Made by a program: the position numbers and the translations under genes
Notes under the pieces: generated by a model
Told to the model about the DNA's origin: nothing
Databases searched by the model: none
The model's input: only the letters and a program-made list of their open reading frames with translations
Assembly: GCA_964035545.1 (NCBI GenBank)
Contig: OZ037766.1
Location: forward strand, 1,798,001 to 1,862,000
DNA length: 64,000 bases
Source of the DNA: Bugula neritina
Taxonomy: Eukaryota; Animalia; Bryozoa
Reading direction: 5' to 3'
In this document: positions 37,016-50,200 of the stretch, piece by piece
Position numbering within the stretch: the first letter of the stretch is position 1
Layout: the number at the start of each line of letters is the position of its first letter

Positions 37016-38252
37016 ACTTAACCGGATGATAGAAATAATAATGTGTCACAACAGGTCCGCAGCTCAACGCAATGGATACTCATTAGTCATTTGCACTGTA
37101 ATAAATTTCAACAGAAACTAGAGTTTTGTAACCTTTAAGTATGTTCAATATTAGTTTTGTCAAACTGAATGATAGTATTATAACCAGTATGCTTTGTCAC
37201 AGGGTACAAACATCTAATATATTTTACAATATGCCATCTGTGTACTAACTCTTTCTTCATGCTGTTCAACTAATTTCTAAACAATTGTTTATTTTCTTCA
37301 GATTTTATGTGATAAGCTTTAGATCAACAATCAAAGAATTTTTGTGATTTTATTCCAAGCTACAAAAACTGTTGATATTAATTTCTAACTTATTTGAAAC
37401 TTTAACTTCATTGATTTTAAAATAAGATCATGCATCATAACAATATATATTATGATTCTGTATTTATTTGTTTTTTATTTATAAAAGTTTATGTCATAGA
37501 AGTAGAAAAAGCTAGATTTAATAAATACACAATAAAGTATTTCAGTAGAAAAACTGAAACAGCTATAGCCTGTGTCTTACTTACTGGAAACTAGGCTGAA
37601 AAATAAAGATAAAGACATCAAACAACCAATAATTCTATTCAACTACGAACACACATATAAATAGTAAAACAGTATAATATCAGCTATAACAGGACGGAAT
37701 TCTCGGTGTATAAAATGAAACAGTAAATATAGCAGAATATCCTGACATCTCAGTCAAACAATCACAATGCGATGATTAGTGTGTAAAAACTTCTATGAAC
37801 TTTCAAAAATTATAAATATTATAAAAATGGCAGTCAAAATGCTAAAAAATATACAATGATGTAGCGGTTAGCCTTGGAAACTTGTCCGACAGATATTCAG
37901 TTGAAGGAATTACCTCATTCTGTCCTGTTCACCTTCACCAAAAATTGTCTTTTCCTTTTATGGATAATGACACTTTAGTAAACAGAGCCTATTTCAATCA
38001 TCAAGTAAAACTAATTTGCTATCTGTAACACGGCTATGAGCTGAAATTGCCACATTGTTCAAACTCGGTTTTATTTATAATTTTCTAACCTTTTCCTAGC
38101 CCTAAAAATCCAGCATTCAGTTTTAAAAATTGTAATCTTTTAAATTACAGAAGTTGCTGAAGTCAAGTATAAAATGCGTCGACCCTCTGCAACTCTCCTT
38201 GCTATATACATGATGCTAGTGATGGAACAGTTATACAGTTACTCTGTCAGCT

Positions 38253-41200
38253 CTACCTCTTAGACCAAAGAGGCGGCACTTCCTTTGGTCTGACATTGCG
38301 AGAAGTGGTGGTCACATGTTCTACTGGTGTATACAGAGTAGCGTCACTATCTATTCCACTTTCTCTGCTTGCGTACCGGTTCTGGCCTTGACCTGAACAG
38401 GTAGTAAACAGTAATATCTCACCTGTAAATACTAGTCATCTCACCTGTGCGTACTAGTCATCTCACCTGCACACACTAGTCATCTCACCTGCACATACTA
38501 GTCATCTCACCTGCACATACTAGTCATCTCACCTGCACATACTAGTCATCTCACCTGCACACACTAGTCATCTCACCTGCACATACTAGTCATCTCACCT
38601 GCACACACTAGTCATCTCACCTGCACATACTAGTCATCTCACCTGCACACACTAGTCATCTCACCTGCACATACTAGTCATCTCACCTGCACATACTAGT
38701 CATCTCACCTGCACATACTAGTCATCTCACCTGCACATACTAGTCATGACACATTCTGAAAAATTCTTGTATAAATTCACATCATAATTGTGAAAGCTAA
38801 GCTGGCTCATAAAAATCGAGTATTAAAAATCAGATTGTTTTTGTTAAATTTTATTTACAAAATTGAAGTTCTACACCAAAAAGCTAAATTTTAATATTAT
38901 TAAAAGTCAATTTTATATCATTAAAATTAAAGTCATACTCCTGAAAGTTGAGTTATAGTTGTGAAAGTTAAGTTACTCCACAGAAAGTCAAGTCAACATT
39001 CTACTTACCAATCAATACTCGAATTGGTGCCTCTCTGCTAGTCAAGTCTGTGATACCAGAGTCTCCAGACTTACTGGGAGCTCGGCTAGGGACGATAGTG
39101 AACGCTCCAGAAGTGTGACCCCCAGGTCTTCTCCAAGGCCCTGAGTCTAAGTCAGCAGAAGTAAAGGAGGGAACATCTTCCTAGGAATATTCAGAGAGAC
39201 TCAACTATGTGTTGGTGTTGCTTGACTGAAGCTGAGTTTATATTCTTATATTCGACATTTGCATATCAACATTGTTACACAACGTCCACTACCCCCAGCC
39301 AACGTAATGATACAGAAGTGATGTCTAGGTGGTACTAAGTGATGTAATGATACAGAAGTAATGTCTAGGTGGTACTAAGTAACGTAATGTACAGAAGTGA
39401 TGTCTAGGCGGTACTAAGTAATGTAATGATACAGAAGTAATGTCTAGGTGGTACTAAGTAATGTAATGTACAGAAGTAATGTCTAGGTGGTACTAAGTAA
39501 TGTAATGATAGAGAAGTAATGTCTAGGTGGTACTAAGTAATGTAATGATACAGAAGTAATGTCTAGGTGGTACTAAGTAATGTAATGATACAGAAGTAAT
39601 GTCTAGGTGGTACTAAGTAATGTAATGTACAGAAGTGATGTCTAGGCGGTACTAAGTAATGTAATGATACAGAAGTAATGTCTAGGTGGTACTAAGTAAC
39701 GTAATGATACAGAAGTAATGTCTAGGCGGTACTAAGTAATGTAATGATACAGAAGTGATGTGTGGGTGGTACTCACGTCTAGAATCTGTTCAGCTCTCCT
39801 TATACACTCTTTTATTGAATTTTGGTCATCTTCAGCATTATTTGAATTATCTCTGCAACAGTTTAAAATTAAATTTTCTAATAAAGAACATAAAATACAC
39901 TAACAGGTTAAATCCACTTGAAAAATGAAGGAAGAGTTGCCGTAAAATGAAAGAATAAATGCTGTAAGATGGAGGAAAAGAAGCTGTAAGATGAAGGAAG
40001 AGAAGCTGTAAGATGGAGGAAGAGATGCTGTAAGATGGAGGAAGAGAAGCTGTAAGATGGAGGAAGAGAAGCTGTAAGATGGAGGAAGAGAAGCTGTAAG
40101 ATGGAGGAAGAGAAGCTGTAAGATGGAGGAAGAGAAGCAGTAAGATGAAGGAAGAGAAGCTGTAAGATGGAGGAAGAGAAGCTGTAAGATGGAGGAAGAG
40201 AAGCTGTAAGATGGAGGAAGAGAAGCTGTAAGATGGAGGAAGAGAAGCTGTAAGATGGAGGAAGAGATGCTGTAAGATGGAGGAAGAGAAGCTGTAAGAT
40301 GGAGGAAGAGAAGCTGTAAGATGGAGGAAGAGATGCTGTAAGATGGCGGAAGAGAAGCTGTAAGATGGAGGAAGAGATGTAGTAATTACCTAGGCGAGAA
40401 GGAGTGACTGTTCTGCTTGTTCAACCAATGGTAGACGTGCTCTGGATAAGTGATGTCGGCTGACAACTCTTCAGAAAAGTCAGCAACAGACCTCAACTTG
40501 TCTATCTGTTCTCTCGTACCATTTCCTGTATAGTAATCATACTCAATGTCAACATTATGGAGTTTAATTAAATTAAATAATAACATTCAATTTATTAATC
40601 AAAACAATTTTTTAAATGATAACATTCTATAAAGATTATTTAGTTCAATCAGTTTTTGGTAAAAATTATCAAGAGAATAAAAGTCAAATACACTAGCAAA
40701 TTAATAAATAAATGTATACAATACATAATCACTGTGTATGCATTTACCTGATTTAGGAGTCATCCTCTCTTTGGGATTTGAAACTTTTTCAATTCTAACA
40801 CAGAAGCAGGATTCATCCCCCTCTTCTATTAGCTGTGACATCATATCCAGTTTCTGCTTAGGGGTGGGACTTGCGCTGTTGCATATCCTTTCAAGTTTCT
40901 CTTTGTTGGTTACTGGGTGATACGGCAGGTTGTAGTTCTGTGGAGTTACGTAATCTCCTAAAGACAGGATGTTGAGCCCCTCAGCTGCCACAATATCAGG
41001 AGGAACGAGAGATGGTGTGGCATGTTCAGTTACCAGAGTGGTAGTAGATTGAGCAGATAATTCTGATATAGTCTGAGTTGGCCCTTTACTTGAGATTGTA
41101 GTCTGATTTGGCCCTTTACTTGAGATTGTAGTCTGATTTGGCCTTTTATTTGAGATTGTAGTCTGATTTGGTCTCTTACTTGAACTTACAGTTTGATTCA

Positions 41201-44200
41201 GTTCATTTTGGGGAGTGTTAGGTATAACTTCACTGTAAAAAAGATTCACTGTGAGTAATACAAAAAAACAAATAAAACTTAATCTACATGAAGTTAATGA
41301 CAAAAATAAATAAAATCATTCAATCACACCAATGAATTATAATTTAAGCAACCAATACTAAAGTTGATATATTATTATACTTCGAATACTATCCACCAGG
41401 GGGAGTTGTTCCAATGAACTCACCTACATACACTAAGACTGTTGTCCACCAGGGGGCAGCTATCATCAATGTCATCTTCATCAACTTTTGCTTTCTTTCT
41501 TTTCACCTGCTTTCGTTTTTTGCTTGAACGGTTTGGATTTTTGTACTGAATATTACACAAACTTTATTTCAGATAAACTTGTTCAAAATTATTCTCTACT
41601 TGAATAACATTGCATCAATTGACAGCTAAAAGTCAGCATATTTTACCTGATTTTCGTCTGCTACAACTTCTTTGGTATTTTCTAATAGTTTGCCATTTGT
41701 TCTGTCTGTTGTAACTGAGTGCCCGTCTGCTGCAACTGAATGTCCGTCTGCTGTACCTGGACATCCTTCTACTGTAACTAAACGTCCTTCTGCTGTAACT
41801 GACTGTCCGTCTGCTGCAACTGACTGTCCTTCTACTGTAAGTGAACCTTGTGTCTTTGCTGTGACTAACATATTTTTACTTCCTCCAGCTGATGAATCAT
41901 CAAGTTTGCCTTCTGAAGAGGATCCTATTTGTGTTTCATTGGAAGACATATTTTCTGCAGAATGGATTTGACTTCCGGCATTTCTGTGTACTTCTTGGGA
42001 CTGAGACAAAAATATAGTCATACATTAAATTCAACAGATAAATTTGTTTTATATTATAAAAAATGGTGCTTTTATAACTATGAACTGCTTCCATATTGTT
42101 ATATTCTACCTCATCCAATCACTAAAAATAATTTATTCTCAACAAAAAAAATAATTACGAATTAGAGATTTATGATAAAGACTTATCAAAAGTCTATGCA
42201 TATGCAAAGTGTTAAAATGTTTTTAATTTCTTTACAACTCAGTAAAAAATCAATGTTAATCAACATTTACCATTCTATGAATGAACTAAAATGATATATA
42301 TCTGAACAAGCAATGAATTTATTAGTAAAAATAATTGGTTTTTATTAGTATCTCTCCTTACAAATGAACACAACTTGCGGGGAGTACAAATCTACCACCC
42401 GATATTATTTCTCATAGCCTACTGACCTCATCTATACAATGCTCCACCCTAGTAACAGCCTTCTTGACATTGATTGGTCCATTTTCATTGTTTGCAGAAG
42501 TTCCTTTCAGTTTTGGAGCAGCACGCAATTTCTTTAGAGAAGATGGTTGTCTCACGTCTGCTTCTTCTTTCTTAGCTGATGGTGAGACCTGCGACAATAT
42601 AATAATATATAATAATAATATAATATGTATAATAATAATATAATATATACAATAATAATATAATATATACAATAATAATATAATATATATACAATAATAA
42701 TATAATATATATACGATAATAATATAATATATACGATAATAATACAACATATACAATAATAACATAATATATGCAATAATAATATAATATATACGATAAC
42801 AATACAACATATACAATAATAATAATATATTAATGTAATATATACAACAATAACATAATAATATACAATAATAATATAATATATACAATAATAATATACA
42901 ATAATAATATAATGAACATAATAATAATATAATATATACAATAATAATATTGTAACATACAACAATAAAATAATAGTATACAATAATAATATAATATATA
43001 CAATAATAACATAATATATATTATATTCTCAAGTCTACAGAAACCCACCTTTTGCTGATGCAGACTATCAAACCCCTCCGTCAAATAATCTCTCCACCCC
43101 TTGACTTCAGATAGACTCAGCTCTCGCTTTTCATCAGATTTTAGGCTATAGATTTGACGAATCCTACAAGTAGTTTACATTCCAATGAGTTGAGTCAGGA
43201 GCTGTTTACCAAAGAGAGGCCCTTCTCCCTAAGAGAATACTAGATAAATGGGTTTATATATTATGTTTGGCTAACACAATGCAGATAAGCTTTAATCAAA
43301 TGTGTATACTAAAAAGCTATGCTGTGTAGCCATAGCAACTGACTGTCCAATCATATGTGATGTAACAAACGAATACCTCTTGATAAGGATAGTAGCATTT
43401 GTGCTGTAAATCTCATTATCAATAGCTGCCAATTCCTGCACAATGTAGTTCAGCCATTCTTCAGGTGGGGACGCACCCTTATCCCCCTCTAAATACTGTC
43501 TACACTTAGATAGAAACTCAGTCTCAATCTCAGTTTGTGGCGCAGAACTTAGGAACTTACAATACCATTTATAACACTGCAAGACACAATGGTAAAGGTC
43601 ACTTCAGGGTCACACTGTGTAGTGGTCTTACAAAGATACAAGACAAACCATTATAAAATGACTTTTTAATTATAATCTCCTAATATCTTATATATAATAT
43701 TATTTTATATAATTCTATAATACTTAGTTTTTAAAAGTAGCCCATGAAACATAGCAAATTAGCCTTTATATTGCGGGACCTATCAGAAGGCCCCCATCCT
43801 CACCTTCTCTACATTAGAGAACACAGTCGCTGCAGTGTTGAATTTCTCTTCCAGACTAAGAAGGCTCCCATTAAATTCCTCTAGACCGGAAGTCATCCTC
43901 TCAATAGATCTGAAAGAGCTGGTGAATTCCGATGCATCGTGCAGTGCCATATATTCTACATCTGTGTTGATGTAACTAGCACCTTTTTCCAATTCCTAAA
44001 AGAATTAAACAGACAACTCTAACATGTAGTCTACATTGCTACCAGTATAATTGTCCAATATTGTATAATTCTACAACCCATAAAAACAAGACCCTTTGAT
44101 GATAGGTTTACTGAAAATCAATCAAGTTCAAACTACGAATGAATTTTTTAAGAAAGCAGAATTTCAAGCAAATGTATGAAACGCACCAGGTAAAAAGTAA

Positions 44201-47200
44201 AGCTGAATTAATAGGACTATTTAATTCGCTTACAGCGGCACAATATAGTACAGCAAGTAGCTGCAAGCTTTTCTTTTTTACTGAAATAAAACTGTGTTTG
44301 TTATTAATTTTGCTTGTCAAAGTCACCTCAAATTTTGAGTTATTTGCATTACTAGTCTATTTGCTTAGTTTTCCACAACAATTTATTGAACAGAGAAAAG
44401 AGAAGATAACCCAATATTATTTATAGTTGGTATAATATTCATTAAAAATAAGTATGCAGTATTCTATTCCCTGTCAGCAGTCACTCTGCATGAATGTTCA
44501 GAGACAAACTGACAATGAATAACACGAGCTGATAAGATAACTCCATGTAAAGCACTTCAGTTATTTTGGTAAGTGTTGATTAGCTTGAACTATTTATAGA
44601 CAATTGTCTAAAGTAAATGAAATCTTCAATTTTCAAGTTACACTTTAGCTGATATTTAGTGTTCAATGGGAGAATACAAACCTTAAACAAAAGCAAACAA
44701 ACTGCAAACAGAGTAGCTTGGACAGAATAGTCTTAAATCAATAGGCTGCAGGGTATCAAGTCAACAGTCAGTGAATATTTGAGTGCAAGTAGTCAAAGTG
44801 ATTCCATAGAAGACCGGTGAGTGTGTGAACTTTTACTAGTACTTTCCAAAAGTAGTTGTAAGTTTAAACTTTTATAGTATGCAACAGTTAATACATGCAA
44901 AGATGTCTTCAAGCAAAAGGCTAATGGACAACTAAGAGTGTTATAATAGAGGTAAACTGTTTTACTGTGTCTGTAATACCATCTACTTGTTACAGGTGCT
45001 GACTTAGTCAAATGACAATGAGTTCTATACAAGCAAAATTCATTGTCTTCTGCAACAAAAATGGTCCCAAAATTCTCAACTTAATTTCGCCGATATGGTT
45101 CTTGGCGTGTATTCTTGGACTAAACTGGATGGCACACGACCATATCTTTGACTTCTTATACACAACAGGAAGTAAAGTTGGTCAAATGGCGAGATTTCTT
45201 GCATGGTTCATGTCAGCCGAGATGATCATCAACTGGATATTTCTCTGCACGGTGAGATCAACTTACAGGAATACAGATGAGAATAACAAGAAACGATTGG
45301 AACATGAGAAAACCTACCCCCAGTTGACATCAGAGGGCGTGGCTTATGAGCAACTCCGTGAACAGCGTCCAACTTTAGGAACAGGAAACTGGTCAGTAGT
45401 GACTCAGTACACAGGAAGTGATGTAAAGAGAACCGCTTACCCGTATTGGGGATGGAAACCTTGCGTTGTCTGTTCCTTCTATCGACCACCGCGGTGTCAT
45501 CATTGTCCAATCTGTGAAGAGTGTGTACTCAAGCGTGACCACCACTGTTTCTTCGCCAGACAGTGTGTGGGTCTACATAACCAGAGGTTCTTTGTGGTCT
45601 TCAACTTCTGGGCTGTGATGCTCACCACATTCAGTATTCCTCAAGTGTTATGCTATACTAAGCTATCAGTCTGGCCCAACATGGTTGCCTCAGAACTGTT
45701 CCTCCCGTGGACAATAGTTCGGTACGCAGTAGGAACCTCTCCAGCTTATAATCTATTACTTGTCTTTCAGATATACTCTCTGGTGTTCTTTGTGTTGACT
45801 GCGGGTTACTTTCTGCACAATCAGCTGACTTGCATTGACCAAGGACTAACGTCATACGAAAAGGAAAATCGAGATAATTCTTTTACTACAACATGCAAGT
45901 CTCGGTATGAGAGGTTTGCCTGCGTGTTTGGACGGAGCCATTTGTGGGTTAACCTATTTATACCATACCACTGGGCCAGTGAGCCCACGGATGACGGCAT
46001 GACATGGCAGTCCATGAAAAAAGATTAAACTTCAAGTGATATATGAATTCATTACTATGTTGACTATAGAGTGTGGAGTATACAGCATGTAGAATACAGA
46101 GCTGTAAAATATGCAGTGTGTAATGTGTGTAGAGACCTTCTATTTTGTGTTGACTTATTTCTCTTATCAAAAATGTGCAAAGTATATAATAGACTAATTT
46201 AAACAATTATTGAATTATATGTCATATTCAATCTGAATCCGTCAAATCTTGCTGAATCTGTATACTTTTAGTCCTACCATTATGCAAAGAATGACTTCAT
46301 TTCTTTTTAATAAAATAATATAACAATAAACTATGAGAAAAAGCTTTCAGTATAACCTAATTTCTAGCAACTGAAGAAGTTGGCTGGCTCTCAACATGTA
46401 CCAACCTAATTCCTCAGTCAATAAATATAAATCCAAGCCTATACTAGCAGCCAATAAAAGGCCATGCATAGCTACACCTAAGCTGTCAACGCTTGCACTG
46501 ATATCATTGAATTTCTATTGTGCTTTATCAAATAAGAGAAGCTGGTAAACAACTGTTGCTATTGTTTGTATGAGCTATATTATAGATCGCATTAGGCTGT
46601 AATACTACATATATTTCATACAGGGTAACCATTATGTAGAATCTTGGAATTATTCATTGTGTGACCAGGTAAGAGCTACTTTATCAATTTAATCACAATG
46701 GAACACTTGATGCTTACTAGTAACCTTTTTAATTTGAATTCAGCATCATTAGTTTTAGTTTATGACTGAAACTAACCTCTGGAGAATTAAATTTGAATAA
46801 TATATAACTAGCTAGTATTTATACACTAAAATATACATGAATGCAATACTTTTACAATGTTGGGAATAGCTTTGTATCTATATCATTGCTCTGTATCTTG
46901 ATAATCTCACAGTAATTATATAAAATGAATTCATTCAACAATTCCAGTGAAAACGTGTTGAATACTTGTCCACATCTTACAAATGTAAAAACACAAAATT
47001 TTCTGGAAATATCATGTTTGAGTTTAAATGTAAATTAATAGAAGAATGCTTATTTATACAGAGAAGTACACCATGGACCAAGCAATATGAAATGCACAAA
47101 GGTCACACAATTATAATCTCAAAAATTTTTCTACTGAAAAGTAGCAGTTCTATACCAAAAGGATAACAACTCCAAAATAATGTCATTGGTCAATCAATTT

Positions 47201-50200
47201 ATTTTTTCATTTCAGGTTAATAATGGCGTGCAGAGGGTTCCGTATAAAGCTAAACAAATTCTGTAATAGAAATGGACCAATAGTAATGAACGCAGTGATA
47301 CCAGTTTGGTACGTGTTCAGCACTGTCTACTCCAACTGGATGGCAGTAGATCACATGTTTGACATAATCTACGGAGAAGGGACGATGTTTGCAATGGTGT
47401 ACAAATTTCTAACTGTATTTCTATCTGCGGAGATGATGATAAACTGGATATTCTTATGCCGAGTTCGCTCTGACTATCAAAACTCAGAAGTGAATAACAG
47501 GAAGCGACTTGAGCACGAGAGGACCTTTCCACAGTTTATATCAGAGGGCGTGTCTTATGAGGAGCTCAAAGAAAAACAACCGACTCTGAGAACAGGAAAC
47601 TGGTCAGTGGTGACTCAGTACATAGGAAGTGATGTAAAGAGAACTGCCTACCCGTATTGGGGTTGGAAACCCTGCGTTGTCTGTTCTTTCTATAAACCAC
47701 CACGATGTCACCATTGTCCACTCTGTGAAGAGTGTGTACTCAAGCGTGACCACCACTGTTTCTTTGCCAGACAGTGTGTGGGTCTAAACAACCAGAGGTT
47801 CTTTGTGGTCTTCAACTTCTGGGCAGTGATACTAAACCTACTATTCATACCTCCACTCTTCTATTACGTCTCTGTTGAGGTGTGGCCTAACATAACTGCG
47901 CCAGACTTGCTTTTACCCTACACTTTGCTGAGTTTCATACTAGGTTGGGTGAGCCTCTACTTTTTTACAGTTATTTTTATTTCTTATTCACTAGTTTACT
48001 TTTTCCTTTTAGCCTTAACGTTTTTAGTAGAGCAAATAAGATGTATTGACAACGGAATGACTTCATACGAGTTAGAGAATCGTAGTTGTGCTATAAAATC
48101 TCAGTGCAAGTCTCGGTACGAGAGATTTGCCTGCGTGTTTGGAAGAAGCCAGATGTGGATTAACCTGTTTATACCGTACCACTGGGCAAGTGAGCCCACA
48201 GATGATGGTATAACATGGCAATCCATGAAAAAAGATTGACACTAAAAGAACTGCTTTTATTTATTTAGCAGTACAAGGAGAAGATTCTCAAATAATTTAA
48301 CTTAACTATAGGAAAATTTGACCAGCAGATATTAATGCAAAGTGTATTGTAATAGCTACACAACTTATGTCTGAATTCCTACATATTTAACCTAATATTT
48401 TTTGCTACATTTGTATATACATTTTGTCAACTAACAAATTGATTACAGGCTACCAGCTAGTGCTATGTGAAGATCTCTCAAATTGATACTAAATAACCAA
48501 TCACAATGTTCTAATAATAAGAAATAAATTTACCTGACAGCTCTTAGACAGCTCAGCCAGTCTCTGTCTTGATGAGGTCACATCCTCTAGAGATCTGATT
48601 GGTCGAGAAAGTTCGGCTAAGGAAACACTCCCATTTTTGTTTATCCATTTACTGATCTACACGTGAAAGAGACGTCAGTGAAATAAATTATTTATATAGT
48701 CAATGGAAAAGCATAGATTTCATAAGTTGAATTATCTTCAATTCAATGGTTATATTATAAACATAGTCAGGGAGTGAATAAGAATGGCTGTAAATGGCAG
48801 TCAGTTCAGCTAATATTTCAGGCTACTAATTGTATAACTCAAGAAGAAAAATTGTCTAATTGTGAGCTTTCTTGTTGCTTTAAGTTTATTTATTTTAACT
48901 TCATCTATTTAACTACCAGTTTTGCACATAACACAACATACAAGTTTTAAATGTCTAATTGTGAGACAAGAAAGGAAGCTTCAGCTTTATCACACGGCAG
49001 GGTATAATTTCAGAATCTCATGTTTGTGATTCTCTAGTAGATTAATTATAAATCTTAGAAGTAAGTCTATTAGTTGGTTGCCTACTATTGCAGTCAGATT
49101 ATGTGATACAAAGTAAATTCAGTCTCACGTCATACGATCATAGCACCAAGTAAACTAGTATTTTTTAGGGAGCAGCAGTGATTTAGGAGTTAGAGCTGGC
49201 TTAGTAAACATGAGGTCATAGGTTCAATCCCCAGTAAAGACCATTGGTGATGTTAGGAAAAGCATTTAGTCATAATTGCTTCTGTGCCACACATGAATAA
49301 GTCATTGGCCATTTTAAAAAAAACTGTTTCCATAATGGGTTCTCATAGGGATAGTGACTATAAGCTTGTATGACTTTTAGGCAATCTTTATGTTAGATTC
49401 AAAATCCATGAGTTAAAATTGCAACCTAAGTGACTCAGTGAAAACTCAAAGTTGAATACTGGCCACATTTTGTTTTGTATAATAAGTCATACAAAGTGCA
49501 AACAAAAACTAAATAAAAACTCAAACTCAACATGGCAATCAGTTGACAAAACAATAGACTGTGTACTTTGTTGGCATTCTTTTGGTGAACTTTGAGTTGG
49601 GAGGCTTGAACCACCCTAGCTTGAGCTTTTCTCCACAGAAGCTGAAAGTCCTCTCTCACTTCACAGAGCTGCTTGTTGCTGCCGCGAGTAAACTTGACTA
49701 ACTCACGAAGCATGTCACCTTGAACAACCTTGACCTGACCTTTACCAGCACCGAGCTCTTCCAACATGGAGCCACACTTCTCGATGGTATAGTCAAGATT
49801 TAATCGGCTAGAAAATATAAAATAGAAAAGTTTTACGGATAGGAAAAATCATAACAAGTTGTTTGGAGTTGTTGCCTTTTTATAGTTTTGACCTTGACTT
49901 TAGAAGAGACGGGAGAAAAATTTGTCTGCCACTAATGTTTCAACTTGATTCACTGTTAATATGACATCAAAGATTCCCCACACTATTGGTCATAGCTATA
50001 AACTCAGAATACACACAAAAAGGAAAATAGTTCCATTACAAAACTTTTAAAAATTAAAGAAATGAGTAATGAGAAAATACGGAGAATTTTTAGTTAAGGC
50101 CCCTTGAACAGATCATTGCATCCTGCATAAACTTGACAATCTATGACCAATAGCGAGTCCATGATGCTACATTTCTTTGTCTTATAATACAAATATATGA

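Noticed and set aside
38260-38275. C-terminal PDZ-binding motif (ASLV*) for the SEC14/spectrin gene
   Set aside because: Wrong frame; exon phase gives ...PPLWSKR* ending at 38253.
42412-43084. Tyr/Ile-rich ORFs
   Set aside because: Low-complexity intronic repeat translated through; only short flanking parts are real exons.
46014-46028. Dilysine ER-retrieval signal in the ZDHHC C-termini (MKKD)
   Set aside because: Lysines at -2/-3 do not fit KKxx or KxKxx.
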